A stretch of DNA of 64,000 bases, from the NCBI GenBank assembly GCA_051294375.1, contig CM119269.1, positions 18,855,138-18,919,137 of the forward strand, in the 5' to 3' direction. Each line of letters starts with the position of its first letter. The stretch's first letter is position 1. Below, in pieces: positions 1 through 13,114 of this stretch. The position numbers and the translations under genes are program-made. Source of the stretch: Paraspadella gotoi. Its lineage: Eukaryota > Animalia > Chaetognatha. The notes beneath the pieces were generated by a model, which was not told the DNA's origin, searched no databases, and saw nothing but the letters and a program-made list of their open reading frames with translations.

Positions 1-324
1 GCCACTAAGAAAATGGGATTGACCCCGAAGGTTCGTGGTTTAATCCTACATCTCACCCAATATTGTTTCTACCCTCGCGCCGACATCTCTCACCTGCCAT
101 CATCCTCGTTCCTTCCTCTCCTACCCCACAACATTTTCTCTCCCTTATCCCTTCTCCCTTTTCTCTCTCACCACCCTTTCACCCCTTCCACTCCCCTCTC
201 CCTTTTCCTCCCCCCCTTCCTCCCCCCTTCCTCGATCTTTCCTCCTCAAAAATTCGAGTCGTGTTTTCGTCCTCCACTTTTTATGGCGCAATTATGGTCG
301 TAACCGGCGAAGAAGCGAGATTAT

Positions 325-712
325 CGGAAATGCGATCATCGGAAGCAGATGCGATCGGAGGAAGGAGATGCGATCGGAGGAGTTGCGATCGGAGGAAGGA
401 TATACGATAGGAGTTGCGATCGTAGGAAGTATTTGTGATCGGAGGAGTTGCAATCGTAGGAAGGAGATGCGATCAAGCGAGTTGCTATCGGAGGAAGGAG
501 GTGCGATTGGACTTGCGATAGGAGGAAGAAGATGCGATCGAAGGAAGGAGATGCATTCAGAGAAGGTTCGATCGTAAGAAGGATATATGATTGGAGGAGT
601 TGCGATTGTAAGAAGGAGATGCGATCGGAGGAGTTGTGATAGAAGGAATTAGATGAGATTGGAGGAGTTGCGATCATAGGAAGCAGATGCGATCAGAGGA
701 GTTGCGATCAGA
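325..712. repeat. Degenerate minisatellite with alternating ~15/19-bp units (GCGATCGGAGGAGTT / GCGATCGGAGGAAGGAGAT)
   Basis: About 20 recurrences of a GCGATC-like core with purine-rich spacers. Confidence 0.85.
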
Positions 713-1122
713 GGAAAGAAAGGCGTCGCAAAAATGCGATCACAAGAACTGAGATCACGCAAAAAGAGTTTTATGATGTAAAATTATAATGATGTAAATA
801 ACACATTTACAAATTACAACAACTTAATTGTGCAGGATGTTTGTTAGTATTCTCTCGCTGCCACCACATTAATTAGCGATTTACTATTTACTGAATATAT
901 TAAATGTTAGCAGAAAACGTATATTTGACAAACGCTTTTTATTGTTAAAAAAAATAGCCAATTAAACAAAATATTAAAAAGTGTTTTTTCAAATTTTGAA
1001 CAGTGATTATTATTTCAATTATAGTTAAAAGAATGAAACACTTTTTGCTTATATAGATTCACTTGTTTTTCTCCGTATTGATTGAGTTGATGTTTTCATA
1101 GGCCTTTAGCTATCTCAAGAGA

Positions 1123-1166
<44 letters not shown>

Positions 1167-1288
1167 AATATCCAAACACCAACTTTTTCGATCAATAATT
1201 AATTACGATTATCTTTTTTTTCCGATCCAGATTCGCATAAAAAATTCAAAACAAGCACAAGGGAAAAGAGAAAAAATGAGAAAAATGA

Positions 1289-1330
<42 letters not shown>

Positions 1331-2852
1331 GAGAGAAAGAGAGATATATTTGAGTATAGAATTAAGGATGTCTTTTAAAATAATAACTACAACCCCGACT
1401 TTAAAAAGCGCGACAGACTCCAGTTAACACCGGCGGCAAACACCGGCGGCAAACTCCGGCAACAGCCTCCGCCGCTCCGAATGTCCATACCTTCCACTGA
1501 TCAACGAGTCATGGGGGAAATTAAGACTTTCCCGTTTTCCCGACGCTTCTTTCCTTCAGCAGGAAGAGAGGAAGGAAAGATGGGATGGAGGAGTGGAATC
1601 AGGGGGGAGAGAAGAGGAGAGGAAAGGAAAGGGAGGAAAGGAAAGGGAGGAATGGAAAGAGATTTTTAAGGAAAAATGTTGGCAGAAGGAAAAGAGGAAA
1701 AAATAAATAGTGTGAGAGGTGTTAAAAAATAATCTAAAAACAGGGAAGTGAAGCTAGAAAAAAAAAAAAGAAACCGTGAATGGGAAATATAATATTATAG
1801 GAAATATAATATTATAAAGAGAAGAATCAATAAGAGAGAGGCAAACAAAATGAGAGAAAGGAAGAGAAAGAAAGGGAAGAAAAGTAGAAGAAGGGAGATA
1901 GAGAGCGGATAGGAAGAAAGAAGTGGGACTGCTTCATCGTCTTTTGTCTTTTCAGTTTTCTGGTTCCCGGTCTCACGCCGTGACGATTGGTTTCTCCCTC
2001 CCCGCTCATTTCTATAATGATTTCAATATTTCTTTTCTCCCTCGAACCTTTCCTTTCTTCATTCTCTTCCCCTTTCGATCTTTAATTATCCTTGCCTTCT
2101 TCTTCTTCTTCTTCTTCTTCTTCTTTTTCTTGACTCTTCTCTCTTCTTCTTTCAGTATCTCTCTCTCCTTCTGATTGGCTCTTATTTCGTTTCCTTCTTT
2201 CTATTTTTTTTAAAAAAATTTTTATTCATTCCTCTTTCCATATCCCAGTCAACCCATCTCCCTTGCTTACGATTGACCGCACTCTACATCACTATATCCT
2301 TCCTACTTTCATGACCTTTTGGAACCGCGAGAGTTTTTACCCCCGAGCCTTCTTTCCTTTTTCCTTTTCCTCTTTGGTCTCTACTTTTCACCCTCCACCC
2401 TTTATACTTCTCCGCCCCCTTGACCCCTGACCTCGCTCCGAAATCCCTCGCTCCCACAAATCCAAGGGTCGTACTAAATCTCCACAATTTTCCGAATTTT
2501 TAAAATGCTCCTTTATGTTTCTGAGTATATAAATATATTAGAAAGAAGGAAAGTTTTTATTTAACTTACTACGCTATTAACCCGGCGTATTATCGCAACT
2601 CGCAATGTCGCGCACAAAAAAAAAAACTTTCACGAACTATAATGGACCCAAAAATTAGTCTCTGAAAAGTGGCTCCATTTATAATCCTTTCCTTTACTCT
2701 CCTTCCTCCTCCTTCCCTTCCTCTTGCTCCTTTTTCTCCTCCTCTTCATCCTCCTCGCCCCTGCTTCCTCCACTCCCTCCATCAAATGTCTTCGGCTTTT
2801 CTCCGTATCTTTCCGAGTAATGCTTTTCCATCTCCGATATTGGCTCCGCGCG

Positions 2853-2952
<100 letters not shown>

Positions 2953-2979
2953 CTTCTCTCTCCTTCTCTTTCTTTCTCT

Positions 2980-3022
<43 letters not shown>

Positions 3023-3361
3023 TTATACGTTCCCACACTTCTTTTTTTTCGTTTTCCCGACCGAAAAAAAAATGTACATATAAAGAAAGTTGAAAGAAAA
3101 GAAAAGAGTTTTTGAGTGGGGGGGGTGTGTTGAGGAAGAAAGAAAGGAGGGCGTAGAGAAGGGAAAAGTAAAAGCAAGGGTCTGCAGGGATAGAGAAGGG
3201 ATAGGATAGGGATAGAACAGGGATAAATCAAAGCGGGGGTGTTATCAGTAAGAGGGGCGAGAGGGTGTTGTCTGTTCAGCCTCTAAAAAAATGAAGAATT
3301 AGCAAATTCTTCTCGGTTTCCATTTTTCTCCAAAAGATTAATGTTATCTCGTTTTCGCCGT

Positions 3362-3430
<69 letters not shown>

Positions 3431-3615
3431 AGAGAGAGAGAAAGTTGAAAGTTTTTCGGGATTTTTTCGAGTTTATTCTGCGTCACCCCAAAAGCAAATC
3501 CTGGTTTTATTAACTTCATTTCTTTAAATATTATCAAATATATATTCGTTGTCTATTTGTTATCTTAGTTGACCATCGTCATTTCATAATTTCCGCCTGT
3601 CTCTCTCTGTCTCTT

Positions 3616-3693
<78 letters not shown>

Positions 3694-4139
3694 CGAGTCC
3701 CTCATCCCCTATTCCCTCTGTTTTCATTGTTTCTCTCTCTCTCTCTTCCTCTCTACTGTCTCATCTCTCATCTCTCTCCTCTCCTCTCCTCTCTTCTCTC
3801 TCTTCTCTTCTCTCCTCTCCCCTGACTTTCAAGGATTTTAGGCCCCAGGCTGACAAAAACAGGGGAATTGAGGGCGGAACGAGAAAGAGAAGGACGAAGA
3901 AGAAAAGAGGTTTTTCTTTTCGTCGGCCCACAGTAAATCTGTCCGACAACCTCTTTCTCTCGCTCTCTCGCTCTTTCGCTCTCTCGCTCTCTCGCTTTCA
4001 TTCTTCTTTTTCTCTGTTCTACTGCCTCCCTTCCTTCAACTTTTGATTTCACTTTGATTTCTAAATCTCATTTTTTTTATATTTCTCTCTCTTAAAAATG
4101 ATCTCAGCCCTCCTTACTCTATTCTGTCTCCTTTTCACC

Positions 4140-4180
<41 letters not shown>

Positions 4181-4984
4181 CTTCTCACGTGATTTGCTCA
4201 GAAAGCCACTGACGTGAATCGCGTTTCGTTGTGATGCTTTTTCCGGAAACGATGTCGTCCGGTGAAGAGGCATCGTTTTTGCTTGTCGTCGTCGTCGTTG
4301 TCGTTTTTGGTAGAAAGTGACGGAGTTATTTTTTTCCTTCTCAAGCTTCTTCACGACATCTCACACCTTGCTTGCTTTTAAGCCTTTTTCTATTACATCT
4401 ATTATATCTAATAAAGTGTTTAATAAAAATAATAAAAATAGACTACAAAAATTTAAGATTTATCTTACCAAATAAGATTTATATTACCAAATAAAAATTT
4501 ATTTCGTTTTAGATTTAACCTCTAAGGAAACACATTTAGAAGCTATTTAAAATTATCCAAGTACTATAAAATATTAAAAATATGTTTTTAAATTTAGAAT
4601 TTTAAATTTAGAGCTTAAAAGTTAGATAAACGTTGTTAATAAAAGTTTTTAAAATGGTAATGTTTTGTAAGTAAAAATTAACAAAAACTGTAAAATTTTC
4701 AGAATAATAATGATTATGATTTTTTTCATTTTTGACGCATTTATCATTAAATTTTTATATTTACTTTTATTTTGCTTTTTGATCTAAATCCGTTTTTAAA
4801 AGTTCAAATTAATAAACGGACGACAAAATAATTTCATAACAGAAAGTTATATATTTCACAAAATATTATATTTTGCCCCGCCTTAATGTCTATTCCTCAT
4901 CTTCTCATTCCTACTATTTGGAGCCCATCGGGTATTTGACAATTTCTACTCAATTTCGTGGCTGGTAAATATTCTCTCGCTCTC

Positions 4985-5030
<46 letters not shown>

Positions 5031-6100
5031 ACTCTCTCTCTCTCTCTCTCTCTGTCCCTTTCACACTCTTTCCCTCTCTCTGTCCCTCTCACACTGTTTC
5101 CTTTTTTTATTCTCTCCCACGAAATCCCTTATTTCATGATTCAAAATAAGAAAATATAAAGGCTCCTTTTCTTCTCCGGTTCCACCCACGTTTTTTGAAA
5201 CTATTCTTTTTTTTTCTCCTTTCCTCATCATTTTCCTACCTCCGTATACACTACTTTCATTTCTCCTTCTTTTAGTTTATCTTTAATACCCTTTTCTCTT
5301 ACTTTTTCTCTTTTTTTCTTCATTCTCTTTTTTTTATCAAACCATTCTTTTGTTCTTCTCATTTTTTCCCGTCTACTCCCTCACCCATTTTCCACCTTCC
5401 CCCCCTTTTGTCTCCATCACTCCCACCCTTATATTAAACCCCCATTTCCCAATCTCCCAACCTCCCAATTTTTCCTCCTCATTGTTTACATAATCTTTCA
5501 ACTTTCCCTCCCGATTCTTATCCGTCCATTATCTCTTCTTTCGTCCCTCATCTCTTTATCTTTTCTCTTCATGAATCTTATTCCGATATTTTTTTCTTCT
5601 TCTTCTTTGTCGTCGCTCGTTTTTGAAAGCGCGTTGCTTTCAATTTTTTAAATTCAATTAATCCTTCATTTATTCAATCATCGACTCGGTCAATGGAGAA
5701 GGTGAACATCTCATCATCTGAACATCTCAATCTCATACGTAGAGAACAAATTTAAAACATCACGTCGTCTGTGAAATAGGAAGCAAATTATGTATTCTTC
5801 TATAAAAAAAAAAAACCCTTTCCCATTTGAATGGAGGCTTCTCTCAGACTCCTCATGTACGACTCCCACAGGCTGTGGATCTTTAAGGAGCTCGCCGCCG
5901 AAGATCGAAGATCTCAATGGATTTGGCGAAAGAGAGGATTTAGATTTAGATTTAGATGTAAAGGACCTGGATCCACCTGAAAGGTCGGTCGGAGGGAATC
6001 GCCCGATTCTCCCTTTCATTAGCAAATCGACGATCGAATAAATGAGAGGGAAAATTAAAGGTTGGACGAGGAGGCGGCGGCGGGGGGGGGGGGCACTCAG

Positions 6101-6298
6101 AAGCCATAGTAAGGTGGACAGCAGAAAATTTCCTACAGCCTCGCTACCCAGCTGTAACCACTACACTCTGAAGCCCAGTAAGGTGGACAGCAGAAAATTT
6201 TCCACAGCCTCGCTACCCAGCTGTAACCACTACACTCTGAAGCCATAGTAAGGTGGACAGCAGAAAATTTCCTACAGCCTCGCTACCCAGCTGTAACC
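6101..6298. repeat. 70-bp tandem repeat, about 2.8 copies, flanked by G-runs
   Basis: The unit aagccatagtaaggtggacagcagaaaatttcctacagcctcgctacccagctgtaaccactacactctg starts at 6101, 6171 and 6240. Confidence 0.92.
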
Positions 6299-6692
6299 GG
6301 GGGGGGGGTGGCGGATGAGGAGTGTTGGTGATATGAGAGGGTGGGTGAGTTTGGTGAGGGTCCGGCAAAGCGGCCCGATATGGAAGGCGTATATTAAAAA
6401 ACTTGAGACTCTGTTCACTTTGCACTTTGTTACTACAAGCTTCAAGTTGATTCCCTCCAAAGCTTTCGTAAGAACCAAATATTTTTTCCCTCTCATTATT
6501 TATGGAAAAAGGAGAGAGATTCGGGTCAAAGGTCAGGCGGAGAGTTCTGGGGGTCGAATTGCGGTGTCGCCCTCGGCGATCGACTCGCGTAATTATGATG
6601 TATGACCCCGGAATGCGAAGAGGGCCTTCGAGCCTTCGAGCCTGCGGGCGTCGAGGAAATGGTCGAAGAGATCGCGAGGCAGTCGAGAAGCA

Positions 6693-6791
6693 TCAGAGGT
6701 TGTTATTGTTGTGGTTGTTGTTGTTGTTGTTGCCGCCGACAAACCGGTGAAGCGACGATAGGCTGACGTGGATAAGCTTGAGACGACGATC
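6693..6791 (-). CDS. Candidate terminal exon B (DRRLKLIHVSLSSLHRFVGG-polyN-L*)
   Basis: cctcgtcctgtag acceptor. The phase-0 frame contains SLSSL, and the segment is a GC-rich island in AT-rich surroundings. Confidence 0.3.
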   Translation of the reverse strand, partial: DRRLKLIHVSLSSLHRFVGGNNNNNNHNNNNL

Positions 6792-8368
6792 CTACAGGAC
6801 GAGGTGTCAAAATAAACCAGAGCCTCATGGAGGATAACGGACGATGTATTTCTTGAGTCATAGCGAGCTTAGTCAGTTGACGTCGGTCTCTAGATTTCTC
6901 TAAGATTTGATATTTATTCCAATTATCAAAACGTTTATTTTCAAACAGAAATTTATTTAATTCGATGACAAGTAGCACATAATAGTTTCAGTTAAGAAAT
7001 TACAAAGACGGAGAGTTGTTATTTTTTAGAAGTTAAGGGTTTGTTTTTCTTTAAAATTTGTGACGAGAAACATTTTAAAATATCTTCATTTCCGTATATT
7101 AGCATCGTTTATTTATTTATTTTTTTTTGGGCGAAGGAAAAAAAGTTATAAAAAATTTGCATGCAAAAAAAAAGAATATTTGCATAAAAATAAAGTTCTG
7201 AATGAAACCCTTTATAATTTCAATATTTAATATTCATATTTTTTTTTCTTTTCCGGAAAATCGCGACTTCAAAATGTTTGTCAAAAAGCTAAAGAAAACG
7301 TCAACGGAAAGTTTACGGATACATGACTCTGAATAAAAAAGTGAAAATTGTATCGTTTGATTTGTCAAAGATGAGATGGAAGTTTTTTTTTTTTTTGTAA
7401 TGAATTGAATTCGATAAATCACATTTCGATCTGAAAAAAAAGAATAATAAAAAAAGAATAAAAAAAAGACAGATTTTATTTTTTCTCGTGTAAGAACATA
7501 TTTATCTCTACGACGAACGGCGTCAATTTTTTTTAACAAACAATTTATACAACATGTAAATATCATCTCGGCCTCGAAGTGTAAAAAAAAATGTCCGGAA
7601 CTGTAAAAAATAATTAGCTGCGGCAAGGTAATACAATTTATTTGATTTTTTTTTTCGAAAATAAAGGATAAATTTTATTTCGATCGTAAGAATTTTCTCT
7701 CTTAAAATAAAATAGTTTTGGTATCGGTAAAGTCGACCTATTAAAATGTTTATAAATCGAAAATATTTTATACACCTTACCCTATTAAAATATTCCAATG
7801 CATAATTGTACCAAAGCCAATGCATCTCATTTAAAATTTTTTTTTTATTTTGAGCGTATTGTCGTCAGTGGAGGGATTTTACAGACAAACAGACAGACAG
7901 TCATTTTCTCGGACAATTTTTGACGCTGTCTTTATAACTTATTACTATATTTTTAAATTATAAATGTTTAAAAAATAATTTTTTTTTTGAGATTATTTCA
8001 TTTTCAAATCGATGAGCAAATTTTCTTTTTTTCCGTTTTTGTATTGATATGAATTTGATTTATAACGTTTTTAAAATCTTTATTTAAATATTTTTAAAAT
8101 AGATTTTTTAATGAACCATCAATCATACTTTACAATTTTAAAAACATACGTTACAGAGGGAAACCGTACCGCATTTCTGTAATATTTTCCTCATTGATAT
8201 GTTATCTTTATTACTGACCGCGAATAAATTAGGACACAAGTTTGACCGCGCTCTTTATAGCTGCACTCGAACTTCTACTTCAAGCAGTATCATTCCTCTC
8301 ATAGAAACTTTGTTGTGAAAATGTACGTGACCGTGAAAACTAAGATGCGGTACAAAAATTACGGATGG

Positions 8369-8482
<114 letters not shown>

Positions 8483-8728
8483 AGGCACCGAAAAACTTTC
8501 TACTTTGTAGGACACTCTATTTGCCAAAACGGAAAACCCTAGTGCTTCGCAATATTATTATCATCATTATTAATACTGATATGAACACATTAAGGATCTT
8601 TACACACACACAAAAAGAAAAACATAAGTTTCGTATTTATTTTATACAGGTTCGGAAAAACGGTCGCCTTGTCGTCTTTGATCGGTCCGGTCAACCATAA
8701 TGACATTTGAATATCGACGGCGAATATT

Positions 8729-8794
8729 GGGTCAAATTAGGTCATGTTAGGTCAAATGAAGTCAAATTAGGTCAAATTAGGTCATGTCGGGTCG
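8729..8794 (+). repeat. 10-bp tandem repeat forming seven RGGTCA-like half-sites at DR4 spacing
   Basis: GGGTCA 8729, AGGTCA 8739, AGGTCA 8749, AAGTCA 8759, AGGTCA 8769, AGGTCA 8779, GGGTCG 8789. Confidence 0.8.
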
Positions 8795-8836
8795 ACGTGG
8801 GCGTCAGTCGTTTCCTGTTGTGACGTCAAACGTTGA

Positions 8837-8854
8837 TCACGAAAGCGTTTGCGT
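8837..8854 (-). CDS. Candidate terminal exon A (TQTLS*)
   Basis: Strong acceptor ttttttttctcactcag, phase 0, with an AATAAA on the minus strand at 8636-8641. Confidence 0.35.
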   Translation of the reverse strand, partial: TQTLS

Positions 8855-9275
8855 CTGAGTGAGAAAAAAAAATGGGAAAATTGATTTTGGAATTACGACG
8901 AACATCACGACGAACATCATTGAATTCGCATTTCGATTTCGTTTTCATCTCATTTATTTATTATTATTGTTAATACGAACATTTTTTCCTCAACCGATCG
9001 CATGTTGTTTTAAATTAAACTCCTTAGAAATTTGGAACAATCGTATTTCTTAACATTTCTTGTGAAACATTCTTTCTATTTTTAATCATCAATTCGTCAT
9101 ATTTTAAACATTTTATTTTCTTCCGACGCCTCTCTACGATATTCCTATAATCGCTTCCGCTCATTATGGACCAATCACGATTCACAACTTTCAATAATTT
9201 TCCCCAAATATTCTCTAGATAACCTTTTTTATTTTCAACCAATCATTTTCAACCAATCATCTTCATTTTCCAGAC

Positions 9276-9406
9276 CTCGCAGGAGGAATATCTGGCGGCG
9301 TTGTTGGCGTCTTCGTCGACAATCACGAGGCGCTCGGGGCGACTCCAGTCGGTCGCAGATATTCCGCGGCGAAGCGTGGACGAGAGGCTGCCGAAGAAGC
9401 CGTTCA
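9276..9406 (-). CDS. Cadherin exon 18, cytoplasmic (VNGFFGSLSSTLRRGISATDWSRPERLVIVDEDANNAARYSSCE)
   Basis: cttcag acceptor, phase-1 entry, GC-rich open frame. The donor GAG|gtctgg is weak; read-through would end ...EVWKMKMIG* at 9249. Confidence 0.68.
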
Positions 9407-9910
9407 CTGAAGAGCCCATGGAGGTTGGGAGGGGGGGAAACCCGTTGAGGGTCATGCCTAGAAGGGGAAGGGGCATAAAGGGTTTTAAAAATGGAGGGAA
9501 AAATACAAGAAGTAGAATGGATAGAGAAATATTTTTTTCGATAATCAAATTGTGAAAATGAATATAATGACTACGAAATTGTTACTATCTACATATATAA
9601 TATTTAGCCTTTTGAATGAGATATTCTATAATAATATAACAAGATCCTGCAAGCGTTCAGAAAAATGCTAAGGATGAAAAAATGAAAACGCTTCTAATAT
9701 CGAAATCGCCACGATTAATTCTTAATACTAGGCTCTTTTATTGAGTATTTTAAAGTAACTAACCAACAAAAAGAACTAGGTTACACCAAAGAAAAGAAAA
9801 GAGGTTCTGAGCCACAGGAATAAATCAAAGAAAACCGGAATTTTTCTCGTTACGGATTTATTTCCACCAAAATTCCATCAGTCAAGGAGAGAGGAGAGAG
9901 AGGAAGAGAG

Positions 9911-9953
<43 letters not shown>

Positions 9954-10298
9954 GCCATATGTTGCTCCAATCCGGAGTCTTACATTTTTTATTGCTCGCA
10001 ATAATTTCTTGCCATGGAGTTAGAAAGCTAGAGTAACAGAATCCACATCATCTCAATACAGAGAATAAACAGGTTCAGTAATCGAAAAAATGTGTTGAGA
10101 CCGAAAAAGTAAATAGAAGGAGAGCCGTGTTATTCCAGCCGCAGTTGGTGTTAATGGTTTTAATGTAAACCGGCGTAATCCCTAATCATGCCCAGCCGAG
10201 TCACGAGGGTAAGTATATTTACTTGTTAACACTCAAACTATGTCTATGAACCAACAAAATTTTGGACCCAAAACGCAGATCTGAGACATTGAGCTCAC

Positions 10299-10376
10299 CT
10301 GAACTCAGACCCAAGCCGACGCTGCCGTGAGAACTCCCGGTGAAACTTTCCTCGTCCCGCCGAAAATCAGTCGAGC
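10299..10376 (-). CDS. Cadherin exon 17, cytoplasmic (GSTDFRRDEESFTGSSHGSVGLGLSS)
   Basis: gttcag|...CAG|gtgagc; 78 nt, phase 1-1. Confidence 0.72.
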
Positions 10377-10824
10377 CTGAACATGAACAGTGAGCGAGTG
10401 TTGAAAAAGTATATGTCTGTCGCTCACTCTCTTTCTCTTTTCTTTCGACTCTGTCTCTCTCTCGCTTTTTCGCGAGAGCGGAGTTGAAAGATCTTTTCTT
10501 CCCAAAATCGTTCGATCATTATCTCTCTCTCTCTCTCTCTTCTTTCCTCCTTGAGGTATTTTCAACCCCCGTTTTATTCTCTCTCAAAATATTTTTTAAT
10601 GTTTCTTATTTTTATTTCCTTCTATGATATTAGTACAATAAATATAATACATATAATTGATATCATTCCCCTTTTTTTCAATGCTTTTTATTTCTGTTTA
10701 CCAACTGATCTCAGCTCCTTCCTTTTTCCCCCTTCTTTCCTCCTTTCCTCCTTTTTTCCCCTTCCTCTCCCTCCTCCTCCTCCTCTCCCTCCTCCTCTTC
10801 CTCTTCCTACTCTTCTTCCACTAC

Positions 10825-10927
10825 CTGCATCGGTCGAGGTCTCAACGCCGGAAGTGGACAGATGCGCCCCTCGTGGGAGGAGGTCTGGCGATGGCGTCGG
10901 CGTTGGCGAAGGTTTTGAATGATAAAT
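10825..10927 (-). CDS. Cadherin exon 16, cytoplasmic (IYHSKPSPTPTPSPDLLPRGAHLSTSGVETSTDA)
   Basis: ttcacag|...CAG|gtagtg; 103 nt, phase 0-1. Confidence 0.75.
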
Positions 10928-11358
10928 CTGTGAAAACAAAAGAAAATAGAATGGAGATTGAGTGAGGAGAAGAGAAGAGAGAGAGAGAGAGAGAAGAGAG
11001 AGAGAAGAGAGAGAGAGAGAAAGAGAGAGAGAGAAGAGAGAGAAAGGATGACGTGTAAAATAATCAAATTTGCAATTGAGAGAGATATGAGGGAAAAAGA
11101 ATTCAGGATGCGGCGACAAATTTATTCTGAGTTGTAATAACTATTTTTCGGTATTCAATTAAAAAATAGAGGCAAGATTGGTTTTTGGTATTTGTAACTT
11201 TTTTAAAGCAAAACCTAAAATGATCTATTACAGTATACAAGTACAATGACAACAAATATTTCTTTAGACGAGCAAACAAAAAAACGTTGGTTAGAACAAA
11301 AACTATTCGAAACTACCTAAGAGAGAGAGAGAGAGAGTGAAACAAGACATTAATCCAC

Positions 11359-11589
11359 CTGATTCGTTTGAAGGCTGATGTCTGTTTGCTGCTGCCGATG
11401 CCTCATATCGATGGCAAATTCTTCATCATCCTGGAGGGCCAGTCCTCCTCCTCCTCCTCCTCCTCTTCCTTCCTCGACTCTTCCTCCTCTCTCTTCTTCA
11501 TCTCCTCCTCCTCCCAGTCGACCGACGAAGTGCCCGCCGATGAAGGCGCCACCGCCGCCTGGTGTCGTTCCCGAGAACGAATTGTGAAT
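11359..11589 (-). CDS. Cadherin exon 15, cytoplasmic (IHNSFSG...GGGGDEEERGG...QDDEEFAIDMRHRQQQTDISLQTNQ)
   Basis: cctcag|...CAG|gtggat; 231 nt, phase 0-0, open frame. Confidence 0.78.
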
Positions 11590-12080
11590 CTGAGGAAGAA
11601 GTTAATTCGGTAAATCGTTCTTTTCTCTTCACCGATGCTCTATTGTTTGTTTTCGATGACCATGACTCTTCCCGCCGAGTTTGAACAGAACGTTATCATT
11701 TTTGATTAAGGCATGGCAGAGAGAAAAAAAAAGGATTTGTTTCTAAATTGATTTCGCATGGTGCATTTCAATCACCCCTTCTATTCTTCGGCGTTGTTTA
11801 TATCGTTCACAGCGCCGGAACGACTATCAATATGAAATGACTGACAACATGCAAAAAAAAAAAGGTCTAAAAATAGAACTTCTTTTCGCTCGAAGGTTTA
11901 GAGTTGAAATCGGTGGTCGTCGTCGTCGAAGTCGTCTTTCTTTCTTTCCTTGTTGATTGTCATCAGCATCGTCATCATTACTGTCGTCTTCGATGTCATC
12001 ACTTAGTGATTTCCCTCTGGTATTTGACGTATTCGCTCATTATCATTTTCTGTCATCGTTGTCACCATCACTGTTATCAC

Positions 12081-12288
12081 CTGATGATTGGCTTTCGGCG
12101 ATCGACAACCCTCGTTCTGTTTGAGATGCCCGTTGACGGAGTTGAGGCTTTGAAGGCGGCGCTCATCGTCGACGCCGCAAATCGTCTCTTTGGCGCCGCG
12201 AACGATGTCGTTGGCGCCGGCGATGGAACCGTTGGCGCCGTTATAGGAGCCGTTGGCGCGGTGCGGCGTCGAAGGGGCGGGTTTCCAT
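12081..12288 (-). CDS. Cadherin exon 14, cytoplasmic (RWKPAPSTPHRANGSYNGANGSIAGAND...RSPKANHQ)
   Basis: ttttcag|...CAG|gtgata; 208 nt, phase 2-0, open frame. Confidence 0.8.
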
Positions 12289-12306
12289 CTGAAAAAAGGG
12301 ATGATT

Positions 12307-12372
<66 letters not shown>

Positions 12373-12378
12373 ACTCAC

Positions 12379-12457
12379 CTCTTGTAGAAATAGGCGGAGA
12401 TTAAGAGGCAAACCGAGACGACAGCAAAAGCCCCGGCGATGGCCATCAACGCCATAA
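12379..12457 (-). CDS. Cadherin exon 13, transmembrane helix (VMALMAIAGAFAVVSVCLLISAYFYK)
   Basis: ttttag|...|gtgagt; 79 nt, phase 1-2. About 24 hydrophobic residues followed by a KRWK stop-transfer. Not in the ORF track. Confidence 0.88.
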
Positions 12458-12710
12458 CTAAAAGAAGAGTATCATAGAAATATTTTCTAACATTTTATTT
12501 CAAACAATAAATTGAATCACACGTTCAATGTTTCCCTCCCTCAATGCCAGAACGTCTGTGCTGCTCTATCATTTTAGACTTACGTCAGAAAAATATCTGT
12601 ACAGTTGCCTTTTTCTATTTATAGTTGCTCTCACCGTGCCCTTTCATTTAGGTTTTTTTTAGACTTATCACGATAACTCCTTTCAATGTTACCTTCTCCC
12701 GTTGTCTCAC

Positions 12711-12895
12711 CAGCTGCGTTGCCCTTTTGTTTGGACTTTCTCGGCTCGACGGGAAATGCCCTTCCGTCGTTGTTGTCGCCCCAGCTCAATCCTCCTCCTC
12801 CTCCTCCTCCTCCTCCTCCTCCTCCCGAGCGACTCCCGTCTTGATAATAATCGTCACGTGATCCAGGGCGAGTCCTCAGGTGTTCCATGCCTTTC
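12711..12895 (-). CDS. Cadherin exon 12, extracellular Gly-rich linker (RKGMEHLRTRPGSRDDYYQDGSRS-polyG-LSWGDNNDGRAFPVEPRKSKQKGNAA)
   Basis: cacag|...|gtgaga; 185 nt, phase 2-1, matching both neighbouring exons. Confidence 0.8.
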
Positions 12896-12994
12896 CTGTG
12901 AGGTGGAGGGAGTTGGTGGAGGGGGAGAGATGGTGAAAAAGGATACGAGATTTAAAATGGGGGAAATCTCTGTTAATGGAAGTGACAAAAAGGC

Positions 12995-13114
<120 letters not shown>

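Noticed and set aside
6101-6298. tRNA or hammerhead ribozyme in the 70-bp repeat
   Set aside because: Only an A-box-like TGTAGTGGTTA is present; there is no GTTCRA B-box, cloverleaf or CTGANGA...GAAA core.
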